DNA from: Candidatus Woesearchaeota archaeon
GTDB lineage: Archaea > Nanobdellota > Nanobdellia > Woesearchaeales > ARS49
DNA: 64,000 nt
NCBI GenBank assembly: GCA_019322895.1
Contig: JAHWHZ010000001.1
Span: 459,528-523,527 of the forward strand
Direction: 5' to 3'
This document shows positions 38,101 to 46,390 of this stretch, in pieces. The notes under the pieces are model-generated. The model did no database searches and had not been told where the DNA came from. It was given only the letters and a program-made list of their open reading frames with translations. The position numbers and the translations under genes were made by a program. Numbering within the stretch: the stretch's first letter is position 1; each line of letters begins with the position of its first letter.

Positions 38101-39851
38101 AGATGGAAAGTTTCTTCCCTGGATTTGATGTGTATCCCAAGAAATCCCATTCAGTTGCAGTCAATGTTTCTGAAGTCAAGGGCTACACATATTATGTTGC
38201 CTGCAAAGACAAGGCAGAACTATTGTCATCATCAAAGCCGATCACATTCACTATTGACTTGACAGCCTTGTTTGCAATAAAGAGCACTACAGAGCCTTAT
38301 TCCAGCACAGAATTGTTTGACCTGCGTATTGAAAGCAATAAAAGGTCATTCTGCTTTTTTGGAGAAAATAAGAACAGCATCTCAAACTGCTTTGGGGCAT
38401 GTGAATTCACTAATGGCCATGCCCAGCCAATCACAAAGCCTGCTGGAACTTACACGTTCTTTGTTAAGTGCAATACCGGCTCTGGAGGGGAATCGAGCAA
38501 TGTGCTTAATATCACTGTGACAGTTGATACCAGCCCTCCTGTTATGGAGTATGTTGATGACAGCTCTACACTGCCTGGGGAGCCAGACATATCATGGTAT
38601 CCTGACAGGCTAAAGGTCAAGTTCAAGGGCAAGGATCCTGAGACAAAAGTCATAAAATATTATTATCTTTTAGAGACTGCATTTGCAAGAGAGCTTGTTG
38701 TGAACTGGACTCCAAGTCTTGAGCTAAATGGAACTTCTATCTTTGTAAAAGCAAACTTGTCTGACGGCCAGAGATATGTTTTTAGGGTAAGGCCTGTGAA
38801 TCTTGTCGGCCTGGTTGGAAATTTCAGTTCAAGTGACGGAGTGACAGTTGATTTGTCAAAAATGCCTCCTGTCTGTGCTAATGGAGAAAAAGATGCAAAT
38901 GAAACTGATATTGACTGCGGAGGCATGTGCGCAGGCTGTGCAGTAGGTAAAAATTGCCTGAAGAATAATGACTGTGAATCAGTGTATTGTGCAGAGAATG
39001 TTTGTGCAGAGCCTTCTTGTACAGATGGCGTAAGAAATGGCCAGGAGACTGATGTTGACTGCGGCGGTCCTGAGTGTCCGAAATGCATGCTTAACAAGAC
39101 ATGTGCAGAAAATACTGATTGTGATTCTGGCAGCTGCTTGTTTGGAAAATGTGCTGTTGATACCTGCAAAAATGGTGTTCTTGACAACACAGAGTCTGAT
39201 ATTGATTGCGGAGGTGCATGCCCATCAAGGTGCGGCAGTGGAATGAACTGCAACCTGCCAGGTGATTGCGCAGAAGAACTTGCCTGCATTGACAATACTT
39301 GTAGTGTTCCTCTTGACTTAGATGAAGATGGTGTTCCTGATTATCTTGATATCTGCCCTAATACTCTTCCAGGTGTTCCTGTTGATGCACAAGGATGCGA
39401 GATTGTTGAAGAGATTCCTGCTGCAGAAAAGCCTTCCTTCTTGTGGACTCTCATAAAGTTCTTGCTGATACTTGCAGTGCTTGGAGGCCTTGGATTTGGA
39501 GGATATTATGCTTACAAGAAAGGATATTTAGATAAAGTGATTGCAAAGTTCAAGAAAGCCCCTCCTGCTGCGCCTGAAATAAAGCCTGCTGCTGTAAAAG
39601 CAAGGCCAAAGCCTAAGCCAGTAGGGCCTACACCTGAAGAAAGGATTGCTGCCTTGCGAAAGTTTGCAAAAAAGAAGGAGCGGCCTGCAATAACAGAAGA
39701 GTTTGTTCCATTAGAGAAATTAAAAACTAAAAAAAGGCCTAAAACAAAGGCTTTTGAGAAGCTAAAGAAGCTTAAATCAAAGAAAAAAGCTTCTAAGAAA
39801 AAATCTAAAGAAGAGGCCATAGCAAAGCTGAGGAAGATAAGGAAAAAATGA
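35181..39851 (+). CDS. giant (1556 aa) type-I-membrane surface protein: Sec signal, Cys-rich modules, Ig-like regions, three or four novel 6-Cys tandem repeats, TSP-type-3-like Ca-binding motif, C-terminal TM and Lys-rich cytoplasmic tail
   Basis: Signal ...AAAVFAQQ. Repeats of the form CxxGxxNxxETD(I/V)DCGGxCxxC...C...DC.S..C....C at about 38866-39310. DLDEDGVPDYLDICPNT matches DxDxDGxxDxxDxCP. TM segment FLWTLIKFLLILAVLGGLGFGGYY. Tail KKAPPAAPEIKP...KKLKSKKKASKKKSKEE. Confidence 0.7.
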   Translation: MCRRLNKKILLISIMMILTALAAAVFAQQFGCCCDPIVRTGSIMNQSACVSPFVFVPIPAFGFTGCPALCNATNITAPPTVPPSCTAPGYKPPVSNLFVLPVKGEKAVQIDFNLPCPVNHVKIYRCQGSGCTNFTLLTTLGSSNSYKDESADLLWDEDYNYKIIANYKVSGDSTPATAEVNIGDLECWYQTTNDLFCIAPYYYDQFKSYLKKYGYKIASADDFKADFDSERDSVFNDFYRKSWRCNDMNQLSKPSPQVSCTEDEICISDGSTAKCVESVSCDLGGDFGLQSDVDDCEGEYGEIKYCFLDKSTTVVNKCYPCNPQMTCYDYHSEDACLRDNCGAGQCAWTDVFPDLGIGVCYDARFDACSLCQARPSSSASNKEGFNEVFDACTEEKARALSTDEIPCFFNKNTQEGQSCDYVDCTAYTQTQCSSPAGGIQLNSDNSIKVGSNDACQINVCQYSVETGCVKNANGASGVGWSDCLDAEDPELCEKDYFPPETIAVLTGEAPGKHDYIDLIINDMTSRTGKTKEMQGEPGYKTYLCIVSANNSCNIASAFPITTTKSRLIINDLNLQDGQDVVGKFSEGNNKVKFYSVDPNKNLEVIKEVIVFACDKCSGPKAINITVTGANEVNGKFYTRVLQPSIKITFDEPAELIASSLDKAGVLQSLASSPTSGLNYQYTFMPNNQLSEGVYRFSVNAKDDNGVSMDNPVVFDLYIDTTPPTVVITPEDGVEFETKDVAVALNFSEPVFFNKTTLDEVVFINEFAKESFPIYLSRELSSENSKYFSGIVTNLKAGLKIVNVDVTDYAGNVLRTKSYFSVFAGPPKIRMVHPSWGISSVFSFNVTVESSTKAKCKYIYDVPAPPPATQFDSLSDFDSSDGIYHVINQVTIPYGDTSTHSLHVYCKAGEFNISRQSFNLFIDSIAPKIVSAYANPDPIVEPVETGAEIYSTRLQVQTDEEGFCKYSADKQDFKEMESFFPGFDVYPKKSHSVAVNVSEVKGYTYYVACKDKAELLSSSKPITFTIDLTALFAIKSTTEPYSSTELFDLRIESNKRSFCFFGENKNSISNCFGACEFTNGHAQPITKPAGTYTFFVKCNTGSGGESSNVLNITVTVDTSPPVMEYVDDSSTLPGEPDISWYPDRLKVKFKGKDPETKVIKYYYLLETAFARELVVNWTPSLELNGTSIFVKANLSDGQRYVFRVRPVNLVGLVGNFSSSDGVTVDLSKMPPVCANGEKDANETDIDCGGMCAGCAVGKNCLKNNDCESVYCAENVCAEPSCTDGVRNGQETDVDCGGPECPKCMLNKTCAENTDCDSGSCLFGKCAVDTCKNGVLDNTESDIDCGGACPSRCGSGMNCNLPGDCAEELACIDNTCSVPLDLDEDGVPDYLDICPNTLPGVPVDAQGCEIVEEIPAAEKPSFLWTLIKFLLILAVLGGLGFGGYYAYKKGYLDKVIAKFKKAPPAAPEIKPAAVKARPKPKPVGPTPEERIAALRKFAKKKERPAITEEFVPLEKLKTKKRPKTKAFEKLKKLKSKKKASKKKSKEEAIAKLRKIRKK
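38866..39310 (+). repeat. tandem array of about 45-aa six-cysteine modules inside the giant surface protein
   Basis: PPVCANGEKDANETDIDCGGMCAGCAVGKNCLKNNDCESVYCAENVC / PSCTDGVRNGQETDVDCGGPECPKCMLNKTCAENTDCDSGSCLFGKC / DTCKNGVLDNTESDIDCGGACPSRCGSGMNCNLPGDCAEELACIDNTC. Confidence 0.6.
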
Positions 39852-40321
39852 AAAAAGCGCAGATGATAGGCCAGATATTTATTTTTGTAGTTGCTGCAAT
39901 AATTTTTATCCTTATCCTTATGTATGGGTATAAGGCAATCTCTAATTTTTTGCAGCGTTCTGAGCAGGTTGCATTGATTGATTTCAAGTCTGATTTAGAA
40001 TCTTCTGTAGAGGTCATCAAGAGGGATTATGGCAGTGTGAGAAAGCTTGAATTAAAGCTGCCAAAAAGATATACAGAGCTCTGCATAATTGATATAAACA
40101 ATTGCGAGCCGCTAAAGAAACAGAGGCCTTTGATGTATTCGACGTGTATTGCAGGCAGTGAGAATGTCATACTTGTTCCTAAGCAGGAAACTCCTATCTT
40201 TCTTCCAGACATAACTGTTTTAGGCGGCTACACTTGTGTTGATGTTGCCCACGGCAATGTTGTACTGGGCCTTAAGGGTCTTGGCAAGTCAACACAGATT
40301 TCAGGGTGGCCTGTTCCATAA
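39848..40321 (+). CDS. pilin-like protein with archaeal class III signal peptide
   Basis: MKKAQMIGQIFIFVVAAIIFILILM... The ATG overlaps the upstream stop (ATGA). Confidence 0.55.
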   Translation: MKKAQMIGQIFIFVVAAIIFILILMYGYKAISNFLQRSEQVALIDFKSDLESSVEVIKRDYGSVRKLELKLPKRYTELCIIDINNCEPLKKQRPLMYSTCIAGSENVILVPKQETPIFLPDITVLGGYTCVDVAHGNVVLGLKGLGKSTQISGWPVP

Positions 40322-41358
40322 TGAAAAAACGCGGTTTTGAGATGCAGTTTCACTGGATTTTTATTCTGATAGCTGGCGCTGTAATCCTTGCTTTCTTTTT
40401 TTCTGTAGTTGCCAAGCAAAAATCGCTTTCTGAGCAAAAGCTTTCCATAACCCTCTCAGAGAATATTGAAGCGGTTTTTTCTGGCGCAATTGAAAGCAAG
40501 GGAACTGCCCAGTTGCTTGCAATGCCTAAAGGGGGACTGTCTTTTTCCTGCTCAGAGGCTTGTGACTGTAATTTTTGGATTGATGACAAGGCAACTTCTT
40601 TCAGCGATAAGATCCTGTTTGCTCCCTCCTTGATTGAAGGCCAGGATGCTGTGGCCTGGTCAAATGAATGGAAGATGCCTTTTAGGATAACTAATTTCCT
40701 GTACATCACAAATCCTAATATCAAGTATTATCTTGTTTATGAGGCTGGCAAGAATGACCGCTTGTTTGATAGGATAAATAAGTCATTTCCACCTGGATTG
40801 AATGTGGCTGTTTTGAGAGACCCGAATGAAGTAGAGGATGTTCCTTATGAAGGTTATCCGGAGACTAAGTTTATATTTTTAGATGTGGTCAATCCTGAGA
40901 TTAACCTGATGGGCATGGACAGTGATTTCAAGAGAGAAGAGGTTTCTGCAATAAATATCCAGCCAAATGCAAATTCAATCACTTTTTACGAGAAAACGCC
41001 TAAAGAGATTGAATTTACATCCAAATCATCTCCTTTTGCAGGCGAGCCGTGGATATTTGCCGCAATATTCGCTGCAGATAAGCAGATGTATGATTGTGGC
41101 TTGCGGGCAGCTTTCCTTAAGCTGAGTCATGTTGCGCAGGTAATTTATGGCAGGGCAAAGATGATACAGGCCAACATAACCCAAATAAAACCTGAATGCA
41201 CATATTTGCTTGACAGTTTTGACGTGCTTATTGAAAGCTCAAAAAGTTTTGTAAATCAATTGGATTTTTCAAGTATTTCAGGCATAGCCCAGGCTGCTGA
41301 TGATATTGAGAGAGAAAACAAGAACATAATATTGTTATCCTGCCCAGAGATTTATTAA
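40321..41358 (+). CDS. pilin-like protein (class III signal peptide, 345 aa)
   Basis: MKKRG|FEMQFHWIFILIAGAVILAFFF. The start is set at ATG 40321, overlapping the upstream TAA by 1 nt. Confidence 0.55.
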   Translation: MKKRGFEMQFHWIFILIAGAVILAFFFSVVAKQKSLSEQKLSITLSENIEAVFSGAIESKGTAQLLAMPKGGLSFSCSEACDCNFWIDDKATSFSDKILFAPSLIEGQDAVAWSNEWKMPFRITNFLYITNPNIKYYLVYEAGKNDRLFDRINKSFPPGLNVAVLRDPNEVEDVPYEGYPETKFIFLDVVNPEINLMGMDSDFKREEVSAINIQPNANSITFYEKTPKEIEFTSKSSPFAGEPWIFAAIFAADKQMYDCGLRAAFLKLSHVAQVIYGRAKMIQANITQIKPECTYLLDSFDVLIESSKSFVNQLDFSSISGIAQAADDIERENKNIILLSCPEIY

Positions 41359-41359
41359 A

Positions 41360-41851
41360 ATGAGGCGAGCACAGATAAAGATGTTTGAAACAATGGCTGT
41401 GTTAGTGATATTCTTCTTTTTATTGGTCGGCGGTGCTGCTTTTTATTTTCAGATACAGAAAAGCAGCATAAAAAGAGATTTGGAGAGGCAGGAGCAGCTG
41501 CGTGCGTTTCAGGTTGTGCAGAAAGCGTTGTTTTTGCCAGAGCTTGACTGTTCTTTTGTGAGCATACAGAAAGATAATTGCTTTGATAAATTAAAAGTGA
41601 TTAATCTCCAAGAGCTTTTGAAGCAGGAAAAGTTTATGATTGATTATTTTAATGTGTTTGGTTTTTCCGAGATAAAGATAATGCAGCTTTATCCTGTTAA
41701 TGATACCTTTTCATATACTCTTTACCAGAACATTCCTGAAAAATATAAGTCCGTGATAAGCACGCAAAGCCCGATACTGCTGTTTGATGCAGTGCAGAAC
41801 AGGTATAATTTTGGTGTTGTTGAGGTTGATGTTTATGCAGAAGAGCAATAA
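41360..41851 (+). CDS. pilin-like protein (class III signal peptide)
   Basis: MRRAQIKMFETMAVLVIFFFLLVGG. Confidence 0.5.
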   Translation: MRRAQIKMFETMAVLVIFFFLLVGGAAFYFQIQKSSIKRDLERQEQLRAFQVVQKALFLPELDCSFVSIQKDNCFDKLKVINLQELLKQEKFMIDYFNVFGFSEIKIMQLYPVNDTFSYTLYQNIPEKYKSVISTQSPILLFDAVQNRYNFGVVEVDVYAEEQ

Positions 41852-42320
41852 GTCCCAGATGGAGATAATGGGTCTGGTAATTATAGTGATACTTGTTGCT
41901 ATTGGAATGCTTTTTGCAGTGCAGTTTTTGCTGAAAAAGCCTGCTGGAAGAGAGACTGCAGCTGTAAAGGAAAGCACGATTGCGGCAAATTTCCTTAACG
42001 CGATGCTTTCCACCACAACTGACTGCTATAACAGGAACATTCGCGAATTATTGCAGGACTGTGCTCTTACTGGCGGCACCACAAGATGCCCTGGCCAGAG
42101 AAACTCTTGTGATTATGCTGCAGACCAGATAAGAATAATGCTTGACAAGACATTGAGCACCTGGAACAAGGATTATTATTTCAGCATAAAAGGCGCTCCT
42201 GGTGTTGAGGCAATCTCTTTTGGCAATTCCTGCCCTGAATGTGAGAGAGAGGCAAAGATACATCCTGTTCCTGTCCGGCCTGGCTTTGAGATACAGCTTA
42301 CGCTTGAGATTTATAGTTAA
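41835..42320 (+). CDS. pilin-like protein (class III signal peptide), Cys-containing
   Basis: The start is set at ATG 41835 (MQKSNKSQMEIMGLVIIVILVAIGMLF). Four Cys in the globular part. Confidence 0.5.
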   Translation: MQKSNKSQMEIMGLVIIVILVAIGMLFAVQFLLKKPAGRETAAVKESTIAANFLNAMLSTTTDCYNRNIRELLQDCALTGGTTRCPGQRNSCDYAADQIRIMLDKTLSTWNKDYYFSIKGAPGVEAISFGNSCPECEREAKIHPVPVRPGFEIQLTLEIYS

Positions 42321-42350
42321 TCTTTATATATCGCTTTTTCTTTATATCTA

Positions 42351-44207
42351 ATGATGGGGGACAGCAGGATTAAAAGAGCATATAATTGGCTAGTGAAAAA
42401 GCCTTTGCGCACAGCAGGCATTGCAGGACTTATTGCATTGCCTTACAGTTTGTACAATGTTTTGAACTGGAAGATTTCTTTTATTGATTCAGAGGCGTCT
42501 GAGCTTTTTCAGGATCTTTTTGCAATAACCACTCCTGTATGGACAGCAGCCAGCACAGGCTTTTTTGCAGAATTGCTCAATACTTTTACTTATGAAGATA
42601 AATATCATCCAAGAACAAGATTAAGTGATTTCAAGAAGAGAAGGAAAATAAAAAAAGAACTTGCAAAAACTGATTTTGAGTCATTAATTGACAAGGAGTT
42701 TAAGTTGTTGAAGGCAGATAATGTCTTGAAGACGCTTTATGATGAAGGAATTAAAAGGCCAGGTATCACAGGAACTCCTGAAGGCACAGACAAGCTTGCT
42801 GAGCTGGCTGAAAAAGAAAAAAATCCAGCAATGCATTTTGATGCTGCATTTAATTATTTTGACCAGGATAAACATGATGAAGCTTTTATCCAGATGAGCA
42901 AGTTTCTTCAGCTTAATAAGGATATTTCTTTGCTTCATAAGCTTGATTTGACAATAAAAGACTTTTGCAACAGAACAGAAACTTTCTTGAATACCAGGAA
43001 TTCATTTCCCTTGTTTTATGCAGCCTTGATAGAGATATTGAAAAGAAATTATGACAGCGCCCTTTATTATTCTTCTTTTGCAAGAAAAACAGCTGAAGAA
43101 TTTGACAGTCCGATCAAGAAAGAAATATTTTGCCTTGACTCATTGATTCATCATGCACTGAATGCAAAGAATTCAAGCGAAATCTGGGCCAATTTTGTGA
43201 TAGAGACAAGAAAACAGCAGGCTCTTGAAAGGATTGCTGAAACAAAGAATCTTGTGAGGCAGGTGAAAGACAGCAGGTTCTTGTCAAAGACAATTGTGTT
43301 AAAAGACAAGCATGATAGAAAAGATCTTGAGGCAGAGGCAGAGATGACAAATTACATTAAAGGCATTCTTCCTACTAGAGATGAGCTCAAGAAGATAATC
43401 GGCGATGATATTGGAATAACATTTGATACTCCAGAGATGTTTTATCTTTCAGAAAAACCTGTCAATAATATGTATCCATTGGTCATGCGCCATGCTCCTG
43501 GAGAGACCTTGCTTGAGCAGTTTAAGAAAGAAAAATATTCTATGTTTCCTTTTATTGCTGTATGCCTGGCAAAGATTCATGCAGATGTCCCTGCTGAAAA
43601 AGTCAGGAAAAAGCAGCTTGAGATTATTCCTAAGTTAATGCGCAAGCTGACAGATCCTGATCTAAAGCTCTCAAAGGACCTGACTGAAAGAGTCCTTCGC
43701 AATTACAAGCCTGTGTTGAATCTTTTTAAGGACGCAACGTATGTCTATAATAAGGATGCGCATCCAGAAAACTGGCTGATACATGACAAGACAGTTATTG
43801 TTCTTGACTGCGAGAATAATTTCTTGGTCCCGCAGCAGTTTGACTTGGTTAATTTGCTTGAGTATTCAGATTACCTTACTGATATGCAGAAAGATTATGC
43901 AATAAAGCTGTATATTGATGCATATGAGGAATTCACAAATACCTTGATTGACAGGGAAAAGTTCAAGCTTACGTATTTAAATTCAGTGATTCAAAGAGCC
44001 ATCTCCTTGTGTACTGCCTGGTCTTCTGAATACAGGAAGTCAATGCATGCTGAAAGGCCTAAAGTAATTGCAAATGCCATTCACGCGATAGACAGGATGC
44101 AGAAAGAGCATAAAACATATTATTACAGGCATAAATTTAATTATTTGAATTTGCAGAGAGCTTTAGAAGAAATAAAGGAATTAGTCAGTGTTCAAGGCAA
44201 TCATTGA
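42351..44207 (+). CDS. hypothetical 618-aa protein; C-terminal region with protein-kinase-like (APH/ChoK-type) signature
   Basis: NKDAHPENWLIHDKTVIVLDCENNFLVPQQFDLVNLL resembles the HxDxxxxN ... DxE ... DL motifs of aminoglycoside/choline kinase-like folds. There is one N-terminal hydrophobic segment. Call is tentative. Confidence 0.3.
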   Translation: MMGDSRIKRAYNWLVKKPLRTAGIAGLIALPYSLYNVLNWKISFIDSEASELFQDLFAITTPVWTAASTGFFAELLNTFTYEDKYHPRTRLSDFKKRRKIKKELAKTDFESLIDKEFKLLKADNVLKTLYDEGIKRPGITGTPEGTDKLAELAEKEKNPAMHFDAAFNYFDQDKHDEAFIQMSKFLQLNKDISLLHKLDLTIKDFCNRTETFLNTRNSFPLFYAALIEILKRNYDSALYYSSFARKTAEEFDSPIKKEIFCLDSLIHHALNAKNSSEIWANFVIETRKQQALERIAETKNLVRQVKDSRFLSKTIVLKDKHDRKDLEAEAEMTNYIKGILPTRDELKKIIGDDIGITFDTPEMFYLSEKPVNNMYPLVMRHAPGETLLEQFKKEKYSMFPFIAVCLAKIHADVPAEKVRKKQLEIIPKLMRKLTDPDLKLSKDLTERVLRNYKPVLNLFKDATYVYNKDAHPENWLIHDKTVIVLDCENNFLVPQQFDLVNLLEYSDYLTDMQKDYAIKLYIDAYEEFTNTLIDREKFKLTYLNSVIQRAISLCTAWSSEYRKSMHAERPKVIANAIHAIDRMQKEHKTYYYRHKFNYLNLQRALEEIKELVSVQGNH

Positions 44208-45095
44208 TGCAGAGAAATCAACTATTTTCAGGACAGCGTTATTTAAGTAGTTAAGCATTCCTGCTTCTGCTCCTTTTTTTATGCTCACTGCCTTGTGCCC
44301 TTTTTCAAGCAGTTCTTTTTTCTTTTCATTCAGTTTATTTAACTGCTTTAAGTCAAATGAATAAAATAATTCGTAATATCTTCTCAGCAGGTCATTTGTT
44401 TCCTTGAATAAAGAAATGCTTTCTTTTGAAAGTTTTGCATTGCTTTCTGAGAGCAGTTTGCAGATATACTTGTAATCATCGCATACTTTTTCAAGGTTCC
44501 ATGCGATTACATAATAAAAGCAGGTTTTTGCATAATCAAGATGCCCTTTCTTGTTGAGTGTTCTTTGGCAGAAATTTGTTAATTGATTGTTTGTTTTTTC
44601 AAGTGCAAGAAGCTCTTTCAATTGCTTTTGCTGTCCCTGCTTGATGTATTCTATTGCACTGTCGCCCATTGATATTGTCACAAGCCACGCTCTTCTCAGG
44701 ATGTTGTCAAACTCCTGCTCTCTTTCCTGTGATATTGCTCGTAATACGCATCTTTTATTGCTTTGGTGCACAATTGCAAATCCAACAAAGAGGTCTTTCA
44801 CAAGCTCTTGTATGACTGCTGTCTTTTTCGGGTTTTCATAGAATAATTCTATCTCATCATAGCCTTTCTTGTGCAGGCTTGATAACAGCCATCTAAGGGT
44901 TCTTTCGTCTGTCTTTGTTATGTTGATGCTTGTCTTTTTTGTGTCTATTTCTTTTTTTGTTGAGAATATGATGTTTGTTGCCCTGTCTTTTACTTCCAGT
45001 TCATCTCCTTTTTTGATGCCGTACTTTTTTACCCACTTGCTTGGCAAACTCACCACAAAGGTTCTTCCTGCAAGCTGTATCACTTTTCTCTTCAT
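44181..45095 (-). CDS. transcription regulator: AbrB/SpoVT swapped-hairpin N-domain fused to PhoU-like domain
   Basis: MKRKVIQLAGRTFVVSLPSKWVKKYGIKKGDELEV (AbrB/MazE-type) plus a helical PhoU-like repeat region. Confidence 0.6.
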   Translation of the reverse strand: MKRKVIQLAGRTFVVSLPSKWVKKYGIKKGDELEVKDRATNIIFSTKKEIDTKKTSINITKTDERTLRWLLSSLHKKGYDEIELFYENPKKTAVIQELVKDLFVGFAIVHQSNKRCVLRAISQEREQEFDNILRRAWLVTISMGDSAIEYIKQGQQKQLKELLALEKTNNQLTNFCQRTLNKKGHLDYAKTCFYYVIAWNLEKVCDDYKYICKLLSESNAKLSKESISLFKETNDLLRRYYELFYSFDLKQLNKLNEKKKELLEKGHKAVSIKKGAEAGMLNYLNNAVLKIVDFSASMIALNTD

Positions 45096-45227
45096 ATTAC
45101 TTGCTTAAACTTTGGAATATATAAGTTTTTCTATATTATATAACTATAAGGCAATATATAAGACTTAAGAAAAAAGTATATAATAATCAAAGCTTATAGT
45201 ATTATATTGTTTAGGAGGTGATATATA

Positions 45228-45692
45228 ATGCTTAAGAAAAAAGATCTGGTATTAACAGCTTACTTAAGGCAGAATTCGCGGGCATCCTTGACAATATTAT
45301 CACGCAAGACAGGGGTTCCTGTAAGCACAATATTTGACAGGCTCAAGACAAATAAGATAATTGTAAAAAACACTGCCTTGCTGGACTTCAGTAAGATGGG
45401 ATATGGCGCGCGGGCCACTATACTATTGCGCGCAAAAAAGAATGAAAAGCAGAATCTTAAAGATTTTTTGATGGCATCCTTTAATGTAAACTCTTTGTAT
45501 AAGGTAAATAATGGCTTTGATTTCATGTTTGAGTGTATTTTCAGGGATATAAAAGAGCTTGAGGAGTTTGTGGATGCTATTGATGAGAAATTCTCTATCA
45601 GGTCCAAGGAAATTCATTATATAATCGATGAAATCAAGAAAGAGACTTTTCTCAGCCAGCCAGAGCTTGTAGAGCTGGTATATGCCCAATAA
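45228..45692 (+). CDS. Lrp/AsnC-family transcription regulator
   Basis: 154 aa with an HTH (SRASLTILSRKTGVPVSTIFDRLK) plus a RAM domain. GGAGGTGA SD upstream. Confidence 0.75.
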   Translation: MLKKKDLVLTAYLRQNSRASLTILSRKTGVPVSTIFDRLKTNKIIVKNTALLDFSKMGYGARATILLRAKKNEKQNLKDFLMASFNVNSLYKVNNGFDFMFECIFRDIKELEEFVDAIDEKFSIRSKEIHYIIDEIKKETFLSQPELVELVYAQ

Positions 45693-45754
45693 TCCCAAAA
45701 AGTTTATATATAACCAATTACAAATACAGTGTAAAGCTAGCAAGAGGTGTACTA

Positions 45755-46081
45755 ATGAGAAAAGCACAAGGATTGCCTATCACTACTATTATCATTGCTG
45801 CATTAGCACTAGTTGTGCTTGTAGTATTGTTTGCCATATTTACAGGCAGACTATCTATTTTTGGAAGAGGCATTTCCGAATGCCCTGGAATTTGTGTTGC
45901 CAAATATTCTGAAAGCGGTGCAACCACTAGTGGCGTGAAAACAGCAGATGCAACAGCTGCATGTCCTAATCCGCAACTGCAAAGGCCGCTGACAGGAACA
46001 TATATTGAAGTAGGACAGCCAGCTAACAGAAAAGCAGAAGATTTGGTTTTCTGCTCTAAGTGCTGCGTCTCCACAGTCTGA
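45755..46081 (+). CDS. small disulfide-rich pilin-like protein (candidate major pilin), paralog 1
   Basis: MRKAQG|LPITTIIIAALALVVLVVL class III signal, with an approximately 80-aa mature part containing 6 Cys. Confidence 0.55.
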   Translation: MRKAQGLPITTIIIAALALVVLVVLFAIFTGRLSIFGRGISECPGICVAKYSESGATTSGVKTADATAACPNPQLQRPLTGTYIEVGQPANRKAEDLVFCSKCCVSTV

Positions 46082-46236
46082 TGGTAGAGCTGAAGATTCC
46101 TTATTTGCAGGGCGTCACTCCTGCAAGACTTTTTACTTTATTGACTTTGATTGTTCTTTTGGTTATACTCATAACTAAATTCTTTGTTTTGAAAGAGCAT
46201 ATGAGCTTGATTCCGCCTTCTGTATTGCCTTAGGTT

Positions 46237-46296
46237 GCCAATACTGCCTTGCGAAGTTCTCAGATGAATATGCGGATTCTGATACCTCGGGAATAC
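46237..46296. repeat. intergenic repeat element, copy 46(+)
   Basis: GCCAATACTGCCTTGCGAAGTTCTCAGATGAATATGCGGATTCTGATACC. Collinear with copy B at 23015-23072. Confidence 0.7.
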
Positions 46297-46325
46297 TTCT
46301 TAATTATTTGTATGTGAAGTATTCC
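46290..46325. other. perfect 10-bp stem-loop (GGAATACTTC ... GAAGTATTCC) with 16-nt AT-rich loop
   Basis: Read directly: GGAATACTTCttaattatttgtatgtGAAGTATTCC. Confidence 0.7.
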
Positions 46326-46390
46326 GGATGGTGCTCAAGAACCCTTGGTTCTTGACAAATCTGGTTTGCAGGAGGCATCTAGTGCATAAC

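Noticed and set aside
38663-39295. 210-aa minus-strand ORF
   Set aside because: Antisense to the Cys-repeat region of the 1556-aa surface protein. Its composition reflects the reverse complement of Cys/Asp/Gly codons.
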